Assembly: GCA_965215565.1 (NCBI GenBank)
Contig: CBDCDZ010000004.1
Span: forward strand, 2,944,001 to 3,008,000
Reading direction: 5' to 3'
Source of the DNA: Trueperaceae bacterium
GTDB taxonomy: Bacteria > Deinococcota > Deinococci > Deinococcales > Trueperaceae
DNA length: 64,000 nt
The first letter of the stretch is position 1. Each line of letters starts with the position of its first letter. Positions 10,089-20,943 of the stretch are shown piece by piece. A model generated the notes under the pieces. The model was given only the letters and a program-made list of their open reading frames with translations. It was not told the DNA's origin and searched no databases. A program made the translations under genes and the position numbers.

Positions 10089-11300
10089 TCAGCGTGTGGC
10101 GTACGTCATGACTTTCTCAACCGCATCACAGGTGTCGAACATGTCCTGCTCCGAGAGCGTCGGGTGAACGAGGAACATGAGGGACGTTTCGCCCAACTCT
10201 CTAGCGACGGGTAGAGGTCTGGCTGGTCCCAGACTCGCCTCCACAAAGGCTTTCTCGAGGTAAATCTCGCTGCAACTGCCGCTGAAGCAAGGGACGCCCT
10301 CGTTACTGATCGCTTGCATGACGTGATCGCGGTTCCAGCCTGCGCGGAGCCTTTCGGGGCGCACAAAGACGTAGTATTTGTAGTAAGCGTGACCCGCCTC
10401 TTGAGGCGGACAGGTAACGCGGAGCGCGTCTATAGAGGAGAAACGCTCGGTGAGGATAGCCGCGTGACGCTTACGCGCCTCGTGCCAAGCCGGAAGCTTG
10501 CGCAGTTGCAACCTGCCGATGGCGGACTGCATCTCCGTGAGCCGCCAATTCGTGCCGAAAGACTCGTGTAGCCAGCGGAACCCTGGAGGATGATCACGGT
10601 TGTAGACGGCGTCATAGCTTTTGCCGTGATCCTTAAACGACCACGCCTTCTCCCAGATGTCTTTGTCGTTCGTCGTGAGCAGGCCGCCTTCGCCACCCGT
10701 CGTCATGATTTTGTCTTGGCAGAAAGAGAACGCGGCGACGTCACCGAGTGAACCGACCGGACGCCCCTTGTAGGTTGCACCGTGCGCCTGAGCGCAGTCT
10801 TCAATCACCTTGACGCCGCGCTCTTGCGCGAGCGCCATAATCGCGTCCATATCGCAGGGCCAACCTGCTAAGTGAACAGCGATAATCGCTTTGGTTCGGG
10901 GGGTGAGGACCGCTCCGATGGTCTCCGCGGTGATGTTTTGGCTGTCGGGGTCAACGTCAGCGATGACAGGCGTCGCGCCCCTCATCACAGCGGCGCTCGC
11001 CGAAGCGATAAAGGTGCGGCTTGTCGTGATGACCTCGTCGCCAGGACCGACGCCTAAGGCGTAGAGCGCCAGCTCGAGCGCAACAGTACCATTCGCAAGT
11101 GCGATGGCGTAGTTGCAGCCCGTATAGTCGGCAAATTCTTGCTCCAGAAGTCGTCCTTGTTCGCCCGTCCAATAATTCACTTGGCCCGAGCGCATAACCT
11201 CTAAAACCGCGTTCGTCTCATCCTCTTCAAAGTAGGGCCACGGCGCAAAGGGCGCTGTCCGTATAGGAAGTTCTTTTTTGAGCGTTGCAGTGTTTAACAT
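10089..11300 (-). CDS. DegT/DnrJ/EryC1/StrS family PLP-dependent sugar aminotransferase
   Basis: NGTVALELAL, IEDCAQAHGA, FSFCQDKIMTTGGEGG. Confidence 0.95.
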   Translation of the reverse strand: MLNTATLKKELPIRTAPFAPWPYFEEDETNAVLEVMRSGQVNYWTGEQGRLLEQEFADYTGCNYAIALANGTVALELALYALGVGPGDEVITTSRTFIASASAAVMRGATPVIADVDPDSQNITAETIGAVLTPRTKAIIAVHLAGWPCDMDAIMALAQERGVKVIEDCAQAHGATYKGRPVGSLGDVAAFSFCQDKIMTTGGEGGLLTTNDKDIWEKAWSFKDHGKSYDAVYNRDHPPGFRWLHESFGTNWRLTEMQSAIGRLQLRKLPAWHEARKRHAAILTERFSSIDALRVTCPPQEAGHAYYKYYVFVRPERLRAGWNRDHVMQAISNEGVPCFSGSCSEIYLEKAFVEASLGPARPLPVARELGETSLMFLVHPTLSEQDMFDTCDAVEKVMTYATR

Positions 11301-11813
11301 GATCGTGACCCCTTACGAAGCAGTTCTATGACGTAGTGTGCGTTGCGCTGGTCCCTTGGCTCAGATTCGTCAAGCTCGAATGACCACAAATCAAGTCTTT
11401 AGCGCGTGACCCTGATTTATATACTATCAATTTATAGCATTTTAAGAGATTCGACTGTGACATATAGGGTGTCTCGGGCGCAAAGCTTTAACCTTTCCTT
11501 CACTAAGCTTCTCGATACGCAGCCGCACCTCATAAACCGTGCACGTTATGATAGCAGTCACCCGACCCTTACACTATTTAAGGTACCACACCTCATTGTG
11601 ATAAGTCTGTGTGAACGGGTGCGTCCAAGTTTTAGGGGAGGCGTATAAAAGTTTGGTACAAGCGACAAAAATAGGATGCGGAACTGTACGTAGGAAGATT
11701 CATCAATCTCCCTACGTAACTTGCGAAAGCGACGCTTTGTCCGCTTAGAGTGTCCCTTCGTCGGACAAGAGCGTCCCATGCGTCAGCCTTGTGGTGACGG
11801 GTGTCGGCGGCAT

Positions 11814-12299
11814 CTATGGCGCAGTTGCCGCAGCCGCAAGGTTGCTGAGCGCGTTCGAGACCGCCCCCAACTGCTCGTCCACACCTGTCAGAGCGTGCCG
11901 TTCTGCGAGGTATTGCGGATCGTTGTACGCGGCGTACACGTTGCCCGCTTCGTCCTCGTAAATGAGCATCTTTTGGGGGAGGTCGATCGCAACGGTGCGT
12001 CTCGACTGCATGAGCGGCGTGCCGACGTTCGGGTTGCCGAAGATGACCAAGCGGGTGGGGGGCAGCTCGAGCCCCGCATCCTGGGCGTTCGCACTGTGGT
12101 CCACCACCGCCACTGTGATAAGCCCATTCTCTTCTAAGGCAGTTTCCAAGTTGGCGAGCGTCTCCTCGACGCTGTAGGCGCTCTGAACGGTGACGAGCCC
12201 CTCGACGTCACCTGCTACCGAGCCCCCCGTCGCTTCACCACCTGTCTGCGCCAGCGCGAAAGGGAAAAGTGACACAGCGAAGATAAACAGATACTTCAT
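11814..12299 (-). CDS. Secreted DUF302-like protein
   Basis: Signal peptide; VDHSANA, VIFGNP..GTPLMQ, IDLPQK; GGAGG RBS. Confidence 0.85.
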   Translation of the reverse strand: MKYLFIFAVSLFPFALAQTGGEATGGSVAGDVEGLVTVQSAYSVEETLANLETALEENGLITVAVVDHSANAQDAGLELPPTRLVIFGNPNVGTPLMQSRRTVAIDLPQKMLIYEDEAGNVYAAYNDPQYLAERHALTGVDEQLGAVSNALSNLAAAATAP

Positions 12300-12375
12300 C
12301 TTAAACCTCCAAAGTTTGAGTCTCTGCTAATGTAGCAGACTCGAGCTTAGAGGCGTGTCAATCTCGAACTTGACC

Positions 12376-12534
12376 TCAGCGCCCTAAGCGGTTAGCGACG
12401 CTCATAATGCCGATGCCCACCATGATGATGATCCCGACGACAATCCAAGAGGTGGGCACGCCGAGCAGATTCGCGCCGAGCGCCAAGCCGACGACGAGGA
12501 TAAAGTAGCCGATAAGATAGATGCTTGTTGACAT
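12376..12534 (-). CDS. Small two-TM membrane protein (52 aa; not in ORF track)
   Basis: Translated by hand: MSTSIYLIGYFILVVGLALGANLLGVPTSWIVVGIIIMVGIGIMSVANRLGR; GGGAGG RBS upstream. Confidence 0.7.
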   Translation of the reverse strand: MSTSIYLIGYFILVVGLALGANLLGVPTSWIVVGIIIMVGIGIMSVANRLGR

Positions 12535-12665
12535 AGTGAATCGCCCTCCCGTATAGACTTTAGCCTAACCCGCGCCCGGGCTCGAGCAAACGACAATTTT
12601 TACCGCGCGGGCTCGAGGGTTGTGGCAGCGCTTCTCCGTAGAGACGGGTTTGAAACCAGCCTCTA

Positions 12666-12730
12666 TAGCAGGTATCATCTGGTTTGAGCCAATCTCCGGT
12701 GATGATACCTGCGTGATTCAAGCTCAGTAC
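12666..12730 (+). repeat. Dispersed palindromic repeat, internally shortened (copy D)
   Basis: TAGCAGGTATCATCTGGTTTGAG...GATGATACCTGCG...CTCAGTA. Confidence 0.75.
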
Positions 12731-12787
12731 TTCTGATAATCGCTCTACACCACGTCGCATTCCACTACATCTGTATTCCGCACCGCT

Positions 12788-13137
12788 AATGCTCCTTTAC
12801 TCATACCTAAGCGCCTCGATGGGGCTCAAGTTCGCCGCGCGGTTCGCAGGCCACACGCCAAAAATCACGCCCGTCGCCACGCTCACCAAAAAGGCGAGGA
12901 TGATGGTCCAGGGGCTGATCACGACCTCTTCCAAAAAGGGCACGAGCGCGACGATGAGGTACAATGCTCCTTTACTCATACCTAAGCGCCTCGATGGGGC
13001 TCAAGTTCGCCGCGCGGTTCGCAGGCCACACGCCAAAAATCACGCCCGTCGCCACGCTCACCAAAAAGGCGAGGATGATGGTCCAGGGGCTGATCACGAC
13101 CTCTTCCAAAAAGGGCACGAGCGCGACGATGAGGTAC
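12788..13137. repeat. Tandem duplication, 2 x 175 bp, of the 3' end of the ABC permease gene
   Basis: 12788-12962 is repeated at 12963-13137; the ORF track shows identical peptide starts at 12789 and 12964. Confidence 0.95.
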
Positions 13138-14168
13138 AAGCTCCCCACCGCCAGCACGAGACCAATCACACCACCTACAACAGTTAAAACGATGGCTTCA
13201 ATCAAAAACTGCTGCAAAATCGTGTTCTTCTTCGCGCCGAGCGCTTTGCGCAGTCCGATTTCCCGCGTCCTTTCCGTCACCGAGACGAGCATGATGTTTA
13301 AGATACCGATACCGCCTACCAAGAGGCTCACCGCGCCGATGCCGCCCAAAACGGCTTGCAGAATCACGGTGATGGTGTTGAACAACCCCAACGCGCCCTC
13401 GATGGTCTGAATACTGTAGGTGTCCGCGTCCCGCCGCCGGTCCAAAATCGAGCGGACTTGCTGCTCGATGTCGGCGGCGTTGCGGTCGAGCGAAATGGTG
13501 ATGGGCAAGAACTCGTATTCACCGCGCTCGACGGAGGGGTAGTTGACGTAGAGCGTCTCTAAAGGAATATCGCCGCTCGTGTCGTTCGCGAAGCTGCCCA
13601 AGGTACCGCTGATACGCTCCTTGACGCCGATAACCGTGTAGAAGCTGCGCGAGCCGTCCACGGTAACGCTGATCTCTTTGCCGATAGGGTCTATGCCGTT
13701 CTCAAAAAACGCCTCGCCCGCGTCTGCCGAGAGGACGATGACGGGCGCGGCGCGTCTCGCTTCGGTGGCGCTGAAGTAGCGCCCTCTGGCAAGTTCTAGG
13801 CTGCGGTCCACCTCTACAGCGTTGGGCGTCGTGCCGTTGACCGTTAAAGAGGTTTCCTCGTTCCCGTAGCGCCCGACGCCGAAGACGCCCTGCGTCTGCA
13901 AGATGTCGATGGGGAGCCGCGAGAGCGCCTCGATATCGTCGTCCGTTAAGGGTTCGGCTTGCGGATTGTCCTGGTCCACCACGACAAAGAGCGACTGTGA
14001 CCCAAAACTTTGCAGTTCACTCGTGATGCCCGCCGTCGCAATCGCGCCCATGCTGATCGTTGTGGTGACGGCGAAGACGCCGATGACGACACCTAGCAGC
14101 GTCAAGACCGAGCGGAGGCGGTTGCCTTGGAGGGCTTCGAAGGCGGTGCGGATGTTTTCTAAGAGCAT
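12972..14168 (-). CDS. MacB/FtsX-family ABC permease
   Basis: [49 protein letters not shown]. Confidence 0.95.
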   Translation of the reverse strand: MLLENIRTAFEALQGNRLRSVLTLLGVVIGVFAVTTTISMGAIATAGITSELQSFGSQSLFVVVDQDNPQAEPLTDDDIEALSRLPIDILQTQGVFGVGRYGNEETSLTVNGTTPNAVEVDRSLELARGRYFSATEARRAAPVIVLSADAGEAFFENGIDPIGKEISVTVDGSRSFYTVIGVKERISGTLGSFANDTSGDIPLETLYVNYPSVERGEYEFLPITISLDRNAADIEQQVRSILDRRRDADTYSIQTIEGALGLFNTITVILQAVLGGIGAVSLLVGGIGILNIMLVSVTERTREIGLRKALGAKKNTILQQFLIEAIVLTVVGGVIGLVLAVGSLYLIVALVPFLEEVVISPWTIILAFLVSVATGVIFGVWPANRAANLSPIEALRYE

Positions 14169-14304
14169 GGGTGGCGTTCCCAGTGGTGTCTAAAGCGTGT
14201 TGGGCGAACGTGCGGAGGAATAGAGAAGGCGGAAGGGAAAAGGGCGAAGTTTGAAATGAACCTTCTGTCTTCTTTATTCTGCCTTTCCCCTTCTACCCTA
14301 TGCC

Positions 14305-15105
14305 TCACGGAATCTCCCCTGTAAAGACTGCCTGCCGCCGGTTCTCCACCTCTTCCACACGCTCGACTTTGCCGTCCAAAATCCGCACGATGACCTCGCA
14401 GTGCTCCGCCACCTCTTGCTCGTGCGTGACCATCACGACAGTGCGCCCTTCAGCGTGGAGTTCGCTGAAGAGCCCTAAGATTTCCTCGCCTGTCTTGCTG
14501 TCGAGGTTGCCCGTTGGCTCGTCCGCTAAGAGGATGTCGGGGTCGGTGGCTAAGGCGCGGGCGATGGCGACACGCTGCTTTTGCCCGCCGGAGAGCTGGT
14601 TCGGGCGGTGGTCTAGGCGGTCGCCTAACCCGACGCGGCTGAGGGCTTGCCTGGCGGCTAGGGTGCGCTGGCTGGCAGAGGTGCCCCGGTACATGAGCGG
14701 CAGCGCGACGTTTTGCAGCGCGTTTGCCCTAGGCAAGAGGTTGTACGCCTGGAAGATGAAGCCGATGCGCTGGTTGCGGATGGTCGAGAGTTCGTCTTCG
14801 GACAAATCCGAGACCTCTTGCTTCGCGAGGCGGTACGAGCCGCTCGAGGGCGTATCCAGGCAACCCAGAATCTGCAAAAGCGTGGACTTACCCGAGCCCG
14901 ACGGTCCCATGACGGCGGCGTACTGACCTCTCGGGATGGTGAGGTCTAAGCCGCGCAGGGCGTGGACCTCTAAACCGCCCTCGAGCGTATAGATTTTGCG
15001 CAAGTCCTTCGCCTCGATAACGTTGTCCGTACTGTCCGTTTTGGCTGGGTTCGGCTCGCGGCGCGAGGACGCTGCCCCACCACCTGAAACAACGACGCCG
15101 CTCAC
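14305..15105 (-). CDS. ABC ATP-binding protein (MacB/LolD type)
   Basis: [32 protein letters not shown]. Confidence 0.95.
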   Translation of the reverse strand: MSGVVVSGGGAASSRREPNPAKTDSTDNVIEAKDLRKIYTLEGGLEVHALRGLDLTIPRGQYAAVMGPSGSGKSTLLQILGCLDTPSSGSYRLAKQEVSDLSEDELSTIRNQRIGFIFQAYNLLPRANALQNVALPLMYRGTSASQRTLAARQALSRVGLGDRLDHRPNQLSGGQKQRVAIARALATDPDILLADEPTGNLDSKTGEEILGLFSELHAEGRTVVMVTHEQEVAEHCEVIVRILDGKVERVEEVENRRQAVFTGEIP

Positions 15106-16505
15106 TGCGCGTCCTCCAACGGGTCGTACTGCACCGCGCCTTCGTCTTCGATCTCTTCTAAGTTCGTGAGCGCGATGAGGTCGCCTTCAGCTAGATTATC
15201 GCTCTGCGCCGCTGCAACCGTCGCGTTGCTATCCAGTACGTCGATGACTACACGCCGCGCCGTCCCTTGACCCTCTTCGCTCTGGTTGACCTTGTACACA
15301 TAGCGCTCGCCTTCGTCCTCGCTGATGGCTTCTAGGGGGATGAGCAGCGCGTCCTCGAGGCGGTTGACGTCCACGCGGGCGGTCACCGTGTAGCCGGGGC
15401 GGATGAGCCCCCGCGCCAAGAGGTCGCTCGTCTCGTCGGCGAACTCGAGCCGGGCGACGACTTGGGCGGTGCCTTGCCCCGTGCTCTGCCCCGCCACTTC
15501 GTCGCGTGTGGCAACGGGGTTGACGCGCACGACGGTGGCGGGGATGCGACTTTCGGGATCGGCGTCGGGGGCGATGGTGGCGGCTTGACCGCGTTGCAGC
15601 TCCAACGCCCGGTTTTCGTCAAAACGCGCTTCGACGAAGAGCGACGAAGTGTCCACCATCTGGATACCCCCTTGACCCGCCGTTACTTGATCGCCCGCGT
15701 CAAAGTCGATGCGGCTGACCGTGCCCGCGAAGGGCGCGGTGAGTTGCGCCTCGTCCAGTTGCGACTGCAAGTTGGCGACGCCGGTTTCTAACGATGCCAC
15801 GTTCGCCAAGCTGCTCGCGCGCTGCGCGGCGGCGAGCTGGTCGAAGTTGCCCTGCCGCGACTCGGCGGATTGAAGGGCGATCTGCGCCTGACTCACGGCG
15901 CGTTCTGCCTGGGCGACGGCGTCTCTGTCAGCCTGAAGTTCGTTAGAAGAGACTGCCCCCGTCTCCGCTAAGCGCTCCGTTGTGGCGAGTTTTTGCTGCG
16001 CGTTGCGCAGGGTTTGCTCGGCGTTGGCGAGAGTGTCTTGGGCGCTAGCGGTGCCGCTCGAGGCGTCCAGCCTGTCCGCCTCCTGCTGCGCCGTCACGCG
16101 CTGCGCTTCCGCCCTAGCACTTTGGAGGTTGGCTTGGCTCGAGGCCAAGTCGCGCTCCAGCGCCGCCGTATCCAAGCGGGCGAGCACCGCGCCCGCTTCC
16201 ACTTCGTCCCCTTCGGAGACGTTAAGTTCCGCCGCCGTGCCCGCTGTTCCTGCAATTGTGCCAAAGGTGAGCGTGCGCGTCTGCGCCGCTTCGACGGTGC
16301 CCGTGCCCGACACGTCGCGCACGAACGCGCCCCGCTCTACGCGCTCGACGAGGGTGCGCTGACCTGCTTCTCCACGGTCACGCCCTAAGAAGAACCATAT
16401 GCCCGCCGCTGCCACCGCAATGAGGGTAATCACGATGAGCCAGCGTCCCCAGCGGCGAGGTTTCGAGGTTGTGTCTTCGGTGGATGTACTTACCGCGTCT
16501 GCCAT
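15102..16505 (-). CDS. Efflux periplasmic adaptor (MacA/HlyD family)
   Basis: N-terminal TM, lipoyl half-motifs (VSEGDEVEAG; APFAGTV), long coiled coil. Confidence 0.9.
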   Translation of the reverse strand: MADAVSTSTEDTTSKPRRWGRWLIVITLIAVAAAGIWFFLGRDRGEAGQRTLVERVERGAFVRDVSGTGTVEAAQTRTLTFGTIAGTAGTAAELNVSEGDEVEAGAVLARLDTAALERDLASSQANLQSARAEAQRVTAQQEADRLDASSGTASAQDTLANAEQTLRNAQQKLATTERLAETGAVSSNELQADRDAVAQAERAVSQAQIALQSAESRQGNFDQLAAAQRASSLANVASLETGVANLQSQLDEAQLTAPFAGTVSRIDFDAGDQVTAGQGGIQMVDTSSLFVEARFDENRALELQRGQAATIAPDADPESRIPATVVRVNPVATRDEVAGQSTGQGTAQVVARLEFADETSDLLARGLIRPGYTVTARVDVNRLEDALLIPLEAISEDEGERYVYKVNQSEEGQGTARRVVIDVLDSNATVAAAQSDNLAEGDLIALTNLEEIEDEGAVQYDPLEDAQ

Positions 16506-16541
16506 CGTTCGTCCTTCTTCACCTGACTACTTTCTACACGA

Positions 16542-17606
16542 CTACTCACTTTGCACCTCACTCACGCTTCCCTGTGCAACTAACTCTAGCTGCGTCACCG
16601 CCTCGGAAAGTGCGTACTGCGCACTTCGCAGCGCCGCCGCGCTCTCCGCAACACTTCGCTCCGATTCGGCGAGCGCCAGACGGGACACGTCGCCCGCCTC
16701 GAAGCGGAGCCTTTGCGCCTCTAACTCATCTTCTGCACTTCGCAACGCTGCCTGAGCGTTCTGAAACGCATCTCGAGCAGCTAGCGCCGCGTTGTACGCG
16801 CCGCGCACCGAGAGGTTTAAGCTGCGGCGCAACTCGCGGCGCTGCGTCCGGGCGCTCACGAGCGCGTCCTGTGCCGCTTCGATGTCGCGTTGGGGGCTGT
16901 AGGCACTGTCGGCTAGCTCGAGCCTCTCCTGTGCCACCTCGACCGCTTGCTCTGCGCGTTGCAGCGCCGCGTTCTTGCCCAAACGCCCCAAGACCTCTTC
17001 TAAGGGTGGGATGGGCGGCGGCGCGAAAGGCGCAAGGAGCCGCAACTCATCAACCTCCCGCCCTAGCAAGCTCGCCAACTCGCCGTACGCGAATGTCCGC
17101 CTCTGCTCGGCGCTCGCCACCTCGCGCTCGGCGGCGGAGAGGTCATTCTGGGCGCGGGACAGCTCGAGCTGTCCGAGTTGCCCCGCTTCGAAGCGAATCT
17201 GCGCCGCTTGCGCTGTCGTCTGGGCGATGTCACGTCGCGCCCTCGCGAGGTCTAAAGCGTCGTCCGCTTCTAAAGCGTTGAAGTAGAGACCCGCAGCGTC
17301 TCGCTCCGCTGCTAACCGCGCCGAGGTCAGGTCAGCGCGCTCACTCGCCACCCGCTGCTCCGCCTCCAAGCGCGACAAACGCAAGGCGAGCGGGTCTCCC
17401 TCGGTGCGCCTTAGCTCGCGCTCGGCAGCCGCTAAATCGGCGCGCGACGTGATCACGCCGGCGTCCAGTTCGGGAGCAATCTCCGTCACGTCCACCAAAC
17501 TCAGCGCCTGCGCCGCATTCGCGGATGAGGTCTGCGCCGCTGCAAATCCGGGCACGCTTATAGGGGATATCAGCAATACGAGCACAGCAACCGTCTCATT
17601 CAGCAT
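16542..17606 (-). CDS. TolC-family outer membrane efflux protein
   Basis: Signal peptide, Ala-rich helices, two RFEAG repeats; operon context. Confidence 0.8.
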   Translation of the reverse strand: MLNETVAVLVLLISPISVPGFAAAQTSSANAAQALSLVDVTEIAPELDAGVITSRADLAAAERELRRTEGDPLALRLSRLEAEQRVASERADLTSARLAAERDAAGLYFNALEADDALDLARARRDIAQTTAQAAQIRFEAGQLGQLELSRAQNDLSAAEREVASAEQRRTFAYGELASLLGREVDELRLLAPFAPPPIPPLEEVLGRLGKNAALQRAEQAVEVAQERLELADSAYSPQRDIEAAQDALVSARTQRRELRRSLNLSVRGAYNAALAARDAFQNAQAALRSAEDELEAQRLRFEAGDVSRLALAESERSVAESAAALRSAQYALSEAVTQLELVAQGSVSEVQSE

Positions 17607-17625
17607 GGCTCACAATTATGCGACG

Positions 17626-18264
17626 TCATGATGAAGAAGGCGCGAAGATAAACGAGCCGACTGCAAAGCTGACCGCCACCATCCCGACGAGAAACGTCGC
17701 CCGAATTGCCCCCTGCTGGCTCGCCGTTTCACGCACACCCAGAAAGATGAGGACGATCCACCAGAGCGTACCCAAGTAGCCGATGAGCTGCCCGGCGCGC
17801 CCGGCGACGCTCGAGCTAATCTCTTGCTGCACCCGCGCGTTCGCCGCTTCAAAGGCTTGCGCGTCGCTCACGTCCACGTTGACGGGCGTCACCTCGATGG
17901 GAAACGCGACGACGATAACGAGCAAAAGGGCGTTGAGCAGAAGCTGCGGCGCGAGCGCGTAACCCGCTACCGCCCAAGGTTTCGCCTCCATCCCCGCGCC
18001 GACGCGCACCAAAAGCCCGTAGAAGAGCCACGTGATAAAGGGGGTGAAGAAGCCCGCAACTGCCGTGATGATCGGCGTCAGCGCGGCGAAGGGTGCAGTA
18101 GCGAGCGCCTCTTGAAAGGGTAGCCCGAGAAAGTAGCTCGCCACCGCCGACACGAGCGACACCAGCAGCACGGTCCAAACCACGCCGTTTACCTTCTTGC
18201 CTTCTGCCGAATCACGAAAGAAGCTGACCGGGCGCGCAATTACGCTGAAAAGCGCGTCAAGCAT
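17626..18264 (-). CDS. Yip1-family membrane protein
   Basis: N-terminal 'IARPVSFF', about 5 TM segments, upstream of the TolC/MacAB genes. Confidence 0.75.
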   Translation of the reverse strand: MLDALFSVIARPVSFFRDSAEGKKVNGVVWTVLLVSLVSAVASYFLGLPFQEALATAPFAALTPIITAVAGFFTPFITWLFYGLLVRVGAGMEAKPWAVAGYALAPQLLLNALLLVIVVAFPIEVTPVNVDVSDAQAFEAANARVQQEISSSVAGRAGQLIGYLGTLWWIVLIFLGVRETASQQGAIRATFLVGMVAVSFAVGSFIFAPSSS

Positions 18265-18716
18265 CGTTCACCCGAGCTGAATAGGTCCAAATAAGTGCGT
18301 CCATACCTCTTAGTATAGGGCGTTAGAGAGGTGCACAAGGGAGTTTTCGCGACGGACGAACTGTAGGAGAGTTGGCACGGCGTCTGAGCCGCGCCGCCGG
18401 TAGATGAGGTCGACAAGAAGCAGCAGCAAAACATAAAAAAGCCCCGCTCCGAGTAAACGTAAGACGTTGCGAGAGAGGTTGCTAAGAAGTAGAGAGCGGG
18501 GTACCACGCTTCAAGTGGGTGCGTAGGAAGGTGTTAAAGCGTGTTGTAGAGAGGTACGCAAAGGAGAAGAGATTGGATGCATCCTCCAAACGGTGTAACA
18601 CGCTTTGTGTGCGTAGCAACGCAAAAGCCGTGAGAGACGTAAATTAGCTTACACGCACGCACAAAATGGAACGCCTTCTCCTCTAAAAATATCCACCCTT
18701 TAGACCGCCTTTACCC

Positions 18717-19712
18717 TTAAGTCAGCGCCCGACCCAACTCGAGCCCCGACAGATACGCCGCCTCCACCTTCGCCCCGCCGCACCAGTCGCCGCAGAAGAG
18801 GAGCGAGTCGTCCTCTTTCAGATAGCGTTCCCCGTAGGGCTCCGTCACCATCGAATAGCGCCAGCGCTGTATGTCCGTCCAGTTGGGCTGGGCGAGCCAA
18901 TTGCCTAATACTGTTGCCGCTGCGAGCATCATTTCTTTAATGAACTCTTGACTGTCTTCTAAATGCTCGGCTGAAAAATCGGGGCTGCCGTTGATGACGA
19001 GCACCGTCTCGCCACCCTCAGCACCTCGTTTGCTGCTATTACGGACGACGATTGCGAGCGTCCGGGAAACCTCTTCATCTTTGACCATGACGCCGCGCCA
19101 CGAGAGGTCACGCTTTGGATACCCCGCCATCAGCGTCCAGCAAGGCGCAAACTTAACCTCTTGCAGCGCGTTCGTTGTTTCCGAGGACAGTTCAGCGTCG
19201 CGGCATAGCTCTAAAACTTGGGGAGCAGGGACGTTGACTAAAACGCGCTCGGCGTCCAACGTTTCGCCCGTGGTCAGCTCGAGCCGCCATCCCCCATTAC
19301 CTCTTATCAAGCGTTCGACTCTGGTTTCGGTACGTATCTCGAGTTCCTCCCCCAACAACTTGCCTATCTTGTTCATCCCGTCAGGAAAGATATAGCGCGG
19401 GTGCCCATCCGAAGGAGCCTCTAACCCCTCGCTCGTCAGCGCGTGAAAGCCCTCTGCCCAGACCGCCGCGTGTTTTTGCCCTAACCACCTATCCACCTGA
19501 GCCTGAAAGCGCTCGTCCCGAACGGTGAAGTACTGCGCGCCGTGGTCCACTCTGTGCTCTACTCCGTGAGGATACAACCTGCGCGTGGCGGCGCGCCCAC
19601 CCAAGCCGCGACTCTTCTCTAAAACGAGAACCTCTTGACCCGCTCGCTTCAGAGCCCTCGCCGCCGTCAACCCTGCGATGCCCGCGCCAATCACGACCGT
19701 TTTGAATTCCAT
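18717..19712 (-). CDS. Renalase-like NAD(P)/FAD-dependent oxidoreductase
   Basis: GAGIAG, EKSRGLGGR, DHGAQYFT, RWRYS, CGDWCGG..VEAAYLSG. Confidence 0.92.
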   Translation of the reverse strand: MEFKTVVIGAGIAGLTAARALKRAGQEVLVLEKSRGLGGRAATRRLYPHGVEHRVDHGAQYFTVRDERFQAQVDRWLGQKHAAVWAEGFHALTSEGLEAPSDGHPRYIFPDGMNKIGKLLGEELEIRTETRVERLIRGNGGWRLELTTGETLDAERVLVNVPAPQVLELCRDAELSSETTNALQEVKFAPCWTLMAGYPKRDLSWRGVMVKDEEVSRTLAIVVRNSSKRGAEGGETVLVINGSPDFSAEHLEDSQEFIKEMMLAAATVLGNWLAQPNWTDIQRWRYSMVTEPYGERYLKEDDSLLFCGDWCGGAKVEAAYLSGLELGRALT

Positions 19713-19875
19713 ACGTTCAGTATGACGCGGATAGAAGGGCGGAACTGCGTCGCGCCACTTGATGACGACGCTTCATAAAGTCGTAGGAGTGTGTCTCGAG
19801 CGTTCTACTAAAAGCAATGAGTTGTAAGCAATCCAGTCAAGCTGGTTACGCAGTCTCCCGCAGGGAACGAACGGT

Positions 19876-19909
19876 GAGCAATGAGTCTAAAGGGTTTCAC
19901 TCATTGCTC
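19876..19909. repeat. REP-like hairpin built from AGCAA(T/C)G heptamers
   Basis: GAGCAATGAGT-N12-ACTCATTGCTC. Confidence 0.7.
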
Positions 19910-20808
19910 GTTACTCGCTCCTCTTTATTAGCCGCCTCTGAGCGCACCGCATACTCAGCAGGTTTTATCCCCGAGCCGAAGCGCCGCCCGTACACCTGGG
20001 TAAACTCCGCGCCGAAAAGCAGAATCTGCGCCGAGTAGTAAATCCAGAGGAGGAGGACGACTAAGGAGCCCGCTGCGCCATATGTGGAGGCTGCTGAACT
20101 CGTGCCGATATAGTAGCTAATTAAGAACTTACCGAGCGAAAAGAGTAGAGAGGTCACGAGCGCTCCTACCCACACGTCGCGCCAGGCGACCTGAACATCG
20201 GGCAGGTACTTGAAGATCATCGCGAAGAGAAGCGTGATGACGGCGGTGGAGAGGGCGAAGTTCATCACTTGCCAGAAAGTTTCTTCGCCAGGGAGCAGAA
20301 GTAGATTGCTGAAATAGTTGTTGACCACGTTGAGTGCGGCGCTCAGCAGCAGCGAGACAAGGAGCAAAAAGCCGATGACCAAAACCATCCCGAGCGAGAG
20401 GACGCGCGTTCTGAGCATGTTCATGATGCCTGCCGACGGGTCCGGCTTCACGCCCCACACCCTGTTGAGCGCGTTTTGGAGCTGCGCGAAAAGCCCCGTC
20501 GCCCCGAAGATAAGGAGCGCCACGCCGATCACTGTCGCGAGAATGCCCGAGCCCGACTGCGCGGTGTTTTGGAGGAGCGTCCCCAGCACCCCCGCTACAT
20601 CGCTCCCCACCGCCGCCGCCACCTGATCTAAAAGCGCTTGCTGCGCCTCTCCTTGCCCAAACACGAGCCCTGCCACCGCCACGACGATGATGAGCGTAGG
20701 CGCAAGTGCGAAGATGGTGTAATAGGCGAGCGCCGCCGCCAAGACTGTCGCCTGGTCTTGGTTCCACTCGGTGACGGTCTGACTGAGTAAGTTCCAGATG
20801 GTTTTCAT
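19897..20808 (-). CDS. YihY/virulence factor BrkB family membrane protein (copy 1)
   Basis: AAALAYYTIFALAP, YGAAGSLVVLLLWIYYSAQILLFGAEF. Confidence 0.93.
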   Translation of the reverse strand: MKTIWNLLSQTVTEWNQDQATVLAAALAYYTIFALAPTLIIVVAVAGLVFGQGEAQQALLDQVAAAVGSDVAGVLGTLLQNTAQSGSGILATVIGVALLIFGATGLFAQLQNALNRVWGVKPDPSAGIMNMLRTRVLSLGMVLVIGFLLLVSLLLSAALNVVNNYFSNLLLLPGEETFWQVMNFALSTAVITLLFAMIFKYLPDVQVAWRDVWVGALVTSLLFSLGKFLISYYIGTSSAASTYGAAGSLVVLLLWIYYSAQILLFGAEFTQVYGRRFGSGIKPAEYAVRSEAANKEERVTSNE

Positions 20809-20862
20809 AGGTTGATTATGCCCTGCGAAATGACGTGGTTAGGTCTCGAGGGCGGTTTTTAA

Positions 20863-20937
20863 GAGCAATGAGTTCAAAGCAACGAGCAATGAGTGAAAGG
20901 CTTTAGACTCATTGCTCGTTGCTCGTTGCTCATTGCT
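20863..20937. repeat. REP-like heptamer hairpin (second copy, opposite orientation)
   Basis: GAGCAATGAGT-N12-ACTCATTGCTC with flanking CGTTGCT/CATTGCT heptamers. Confidence 0.7.
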
Positions 20938-20943
20938 GCCTTT

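Noticed and set aside
12789..13410. Plus-strand ORFs MLLYSYL... and the 60-aa minus ORF at 12797-12979
   Set aside because: Antisense shadows, and a by-product of the 175-bp duplication.
18310..18507. 65-aa ORF upstream of the Yip1 gene
   Set aside because: It has one hydrophobic stretch but no recognisable family or clear start signal; support is insufficient.
14185..18606. Shared word TAAAGCGTGTTG near 14190 and 18535, with an inverted partner near 18597
   Set aside because: Too short and too few copies to call an operator or a repeat family by eye.
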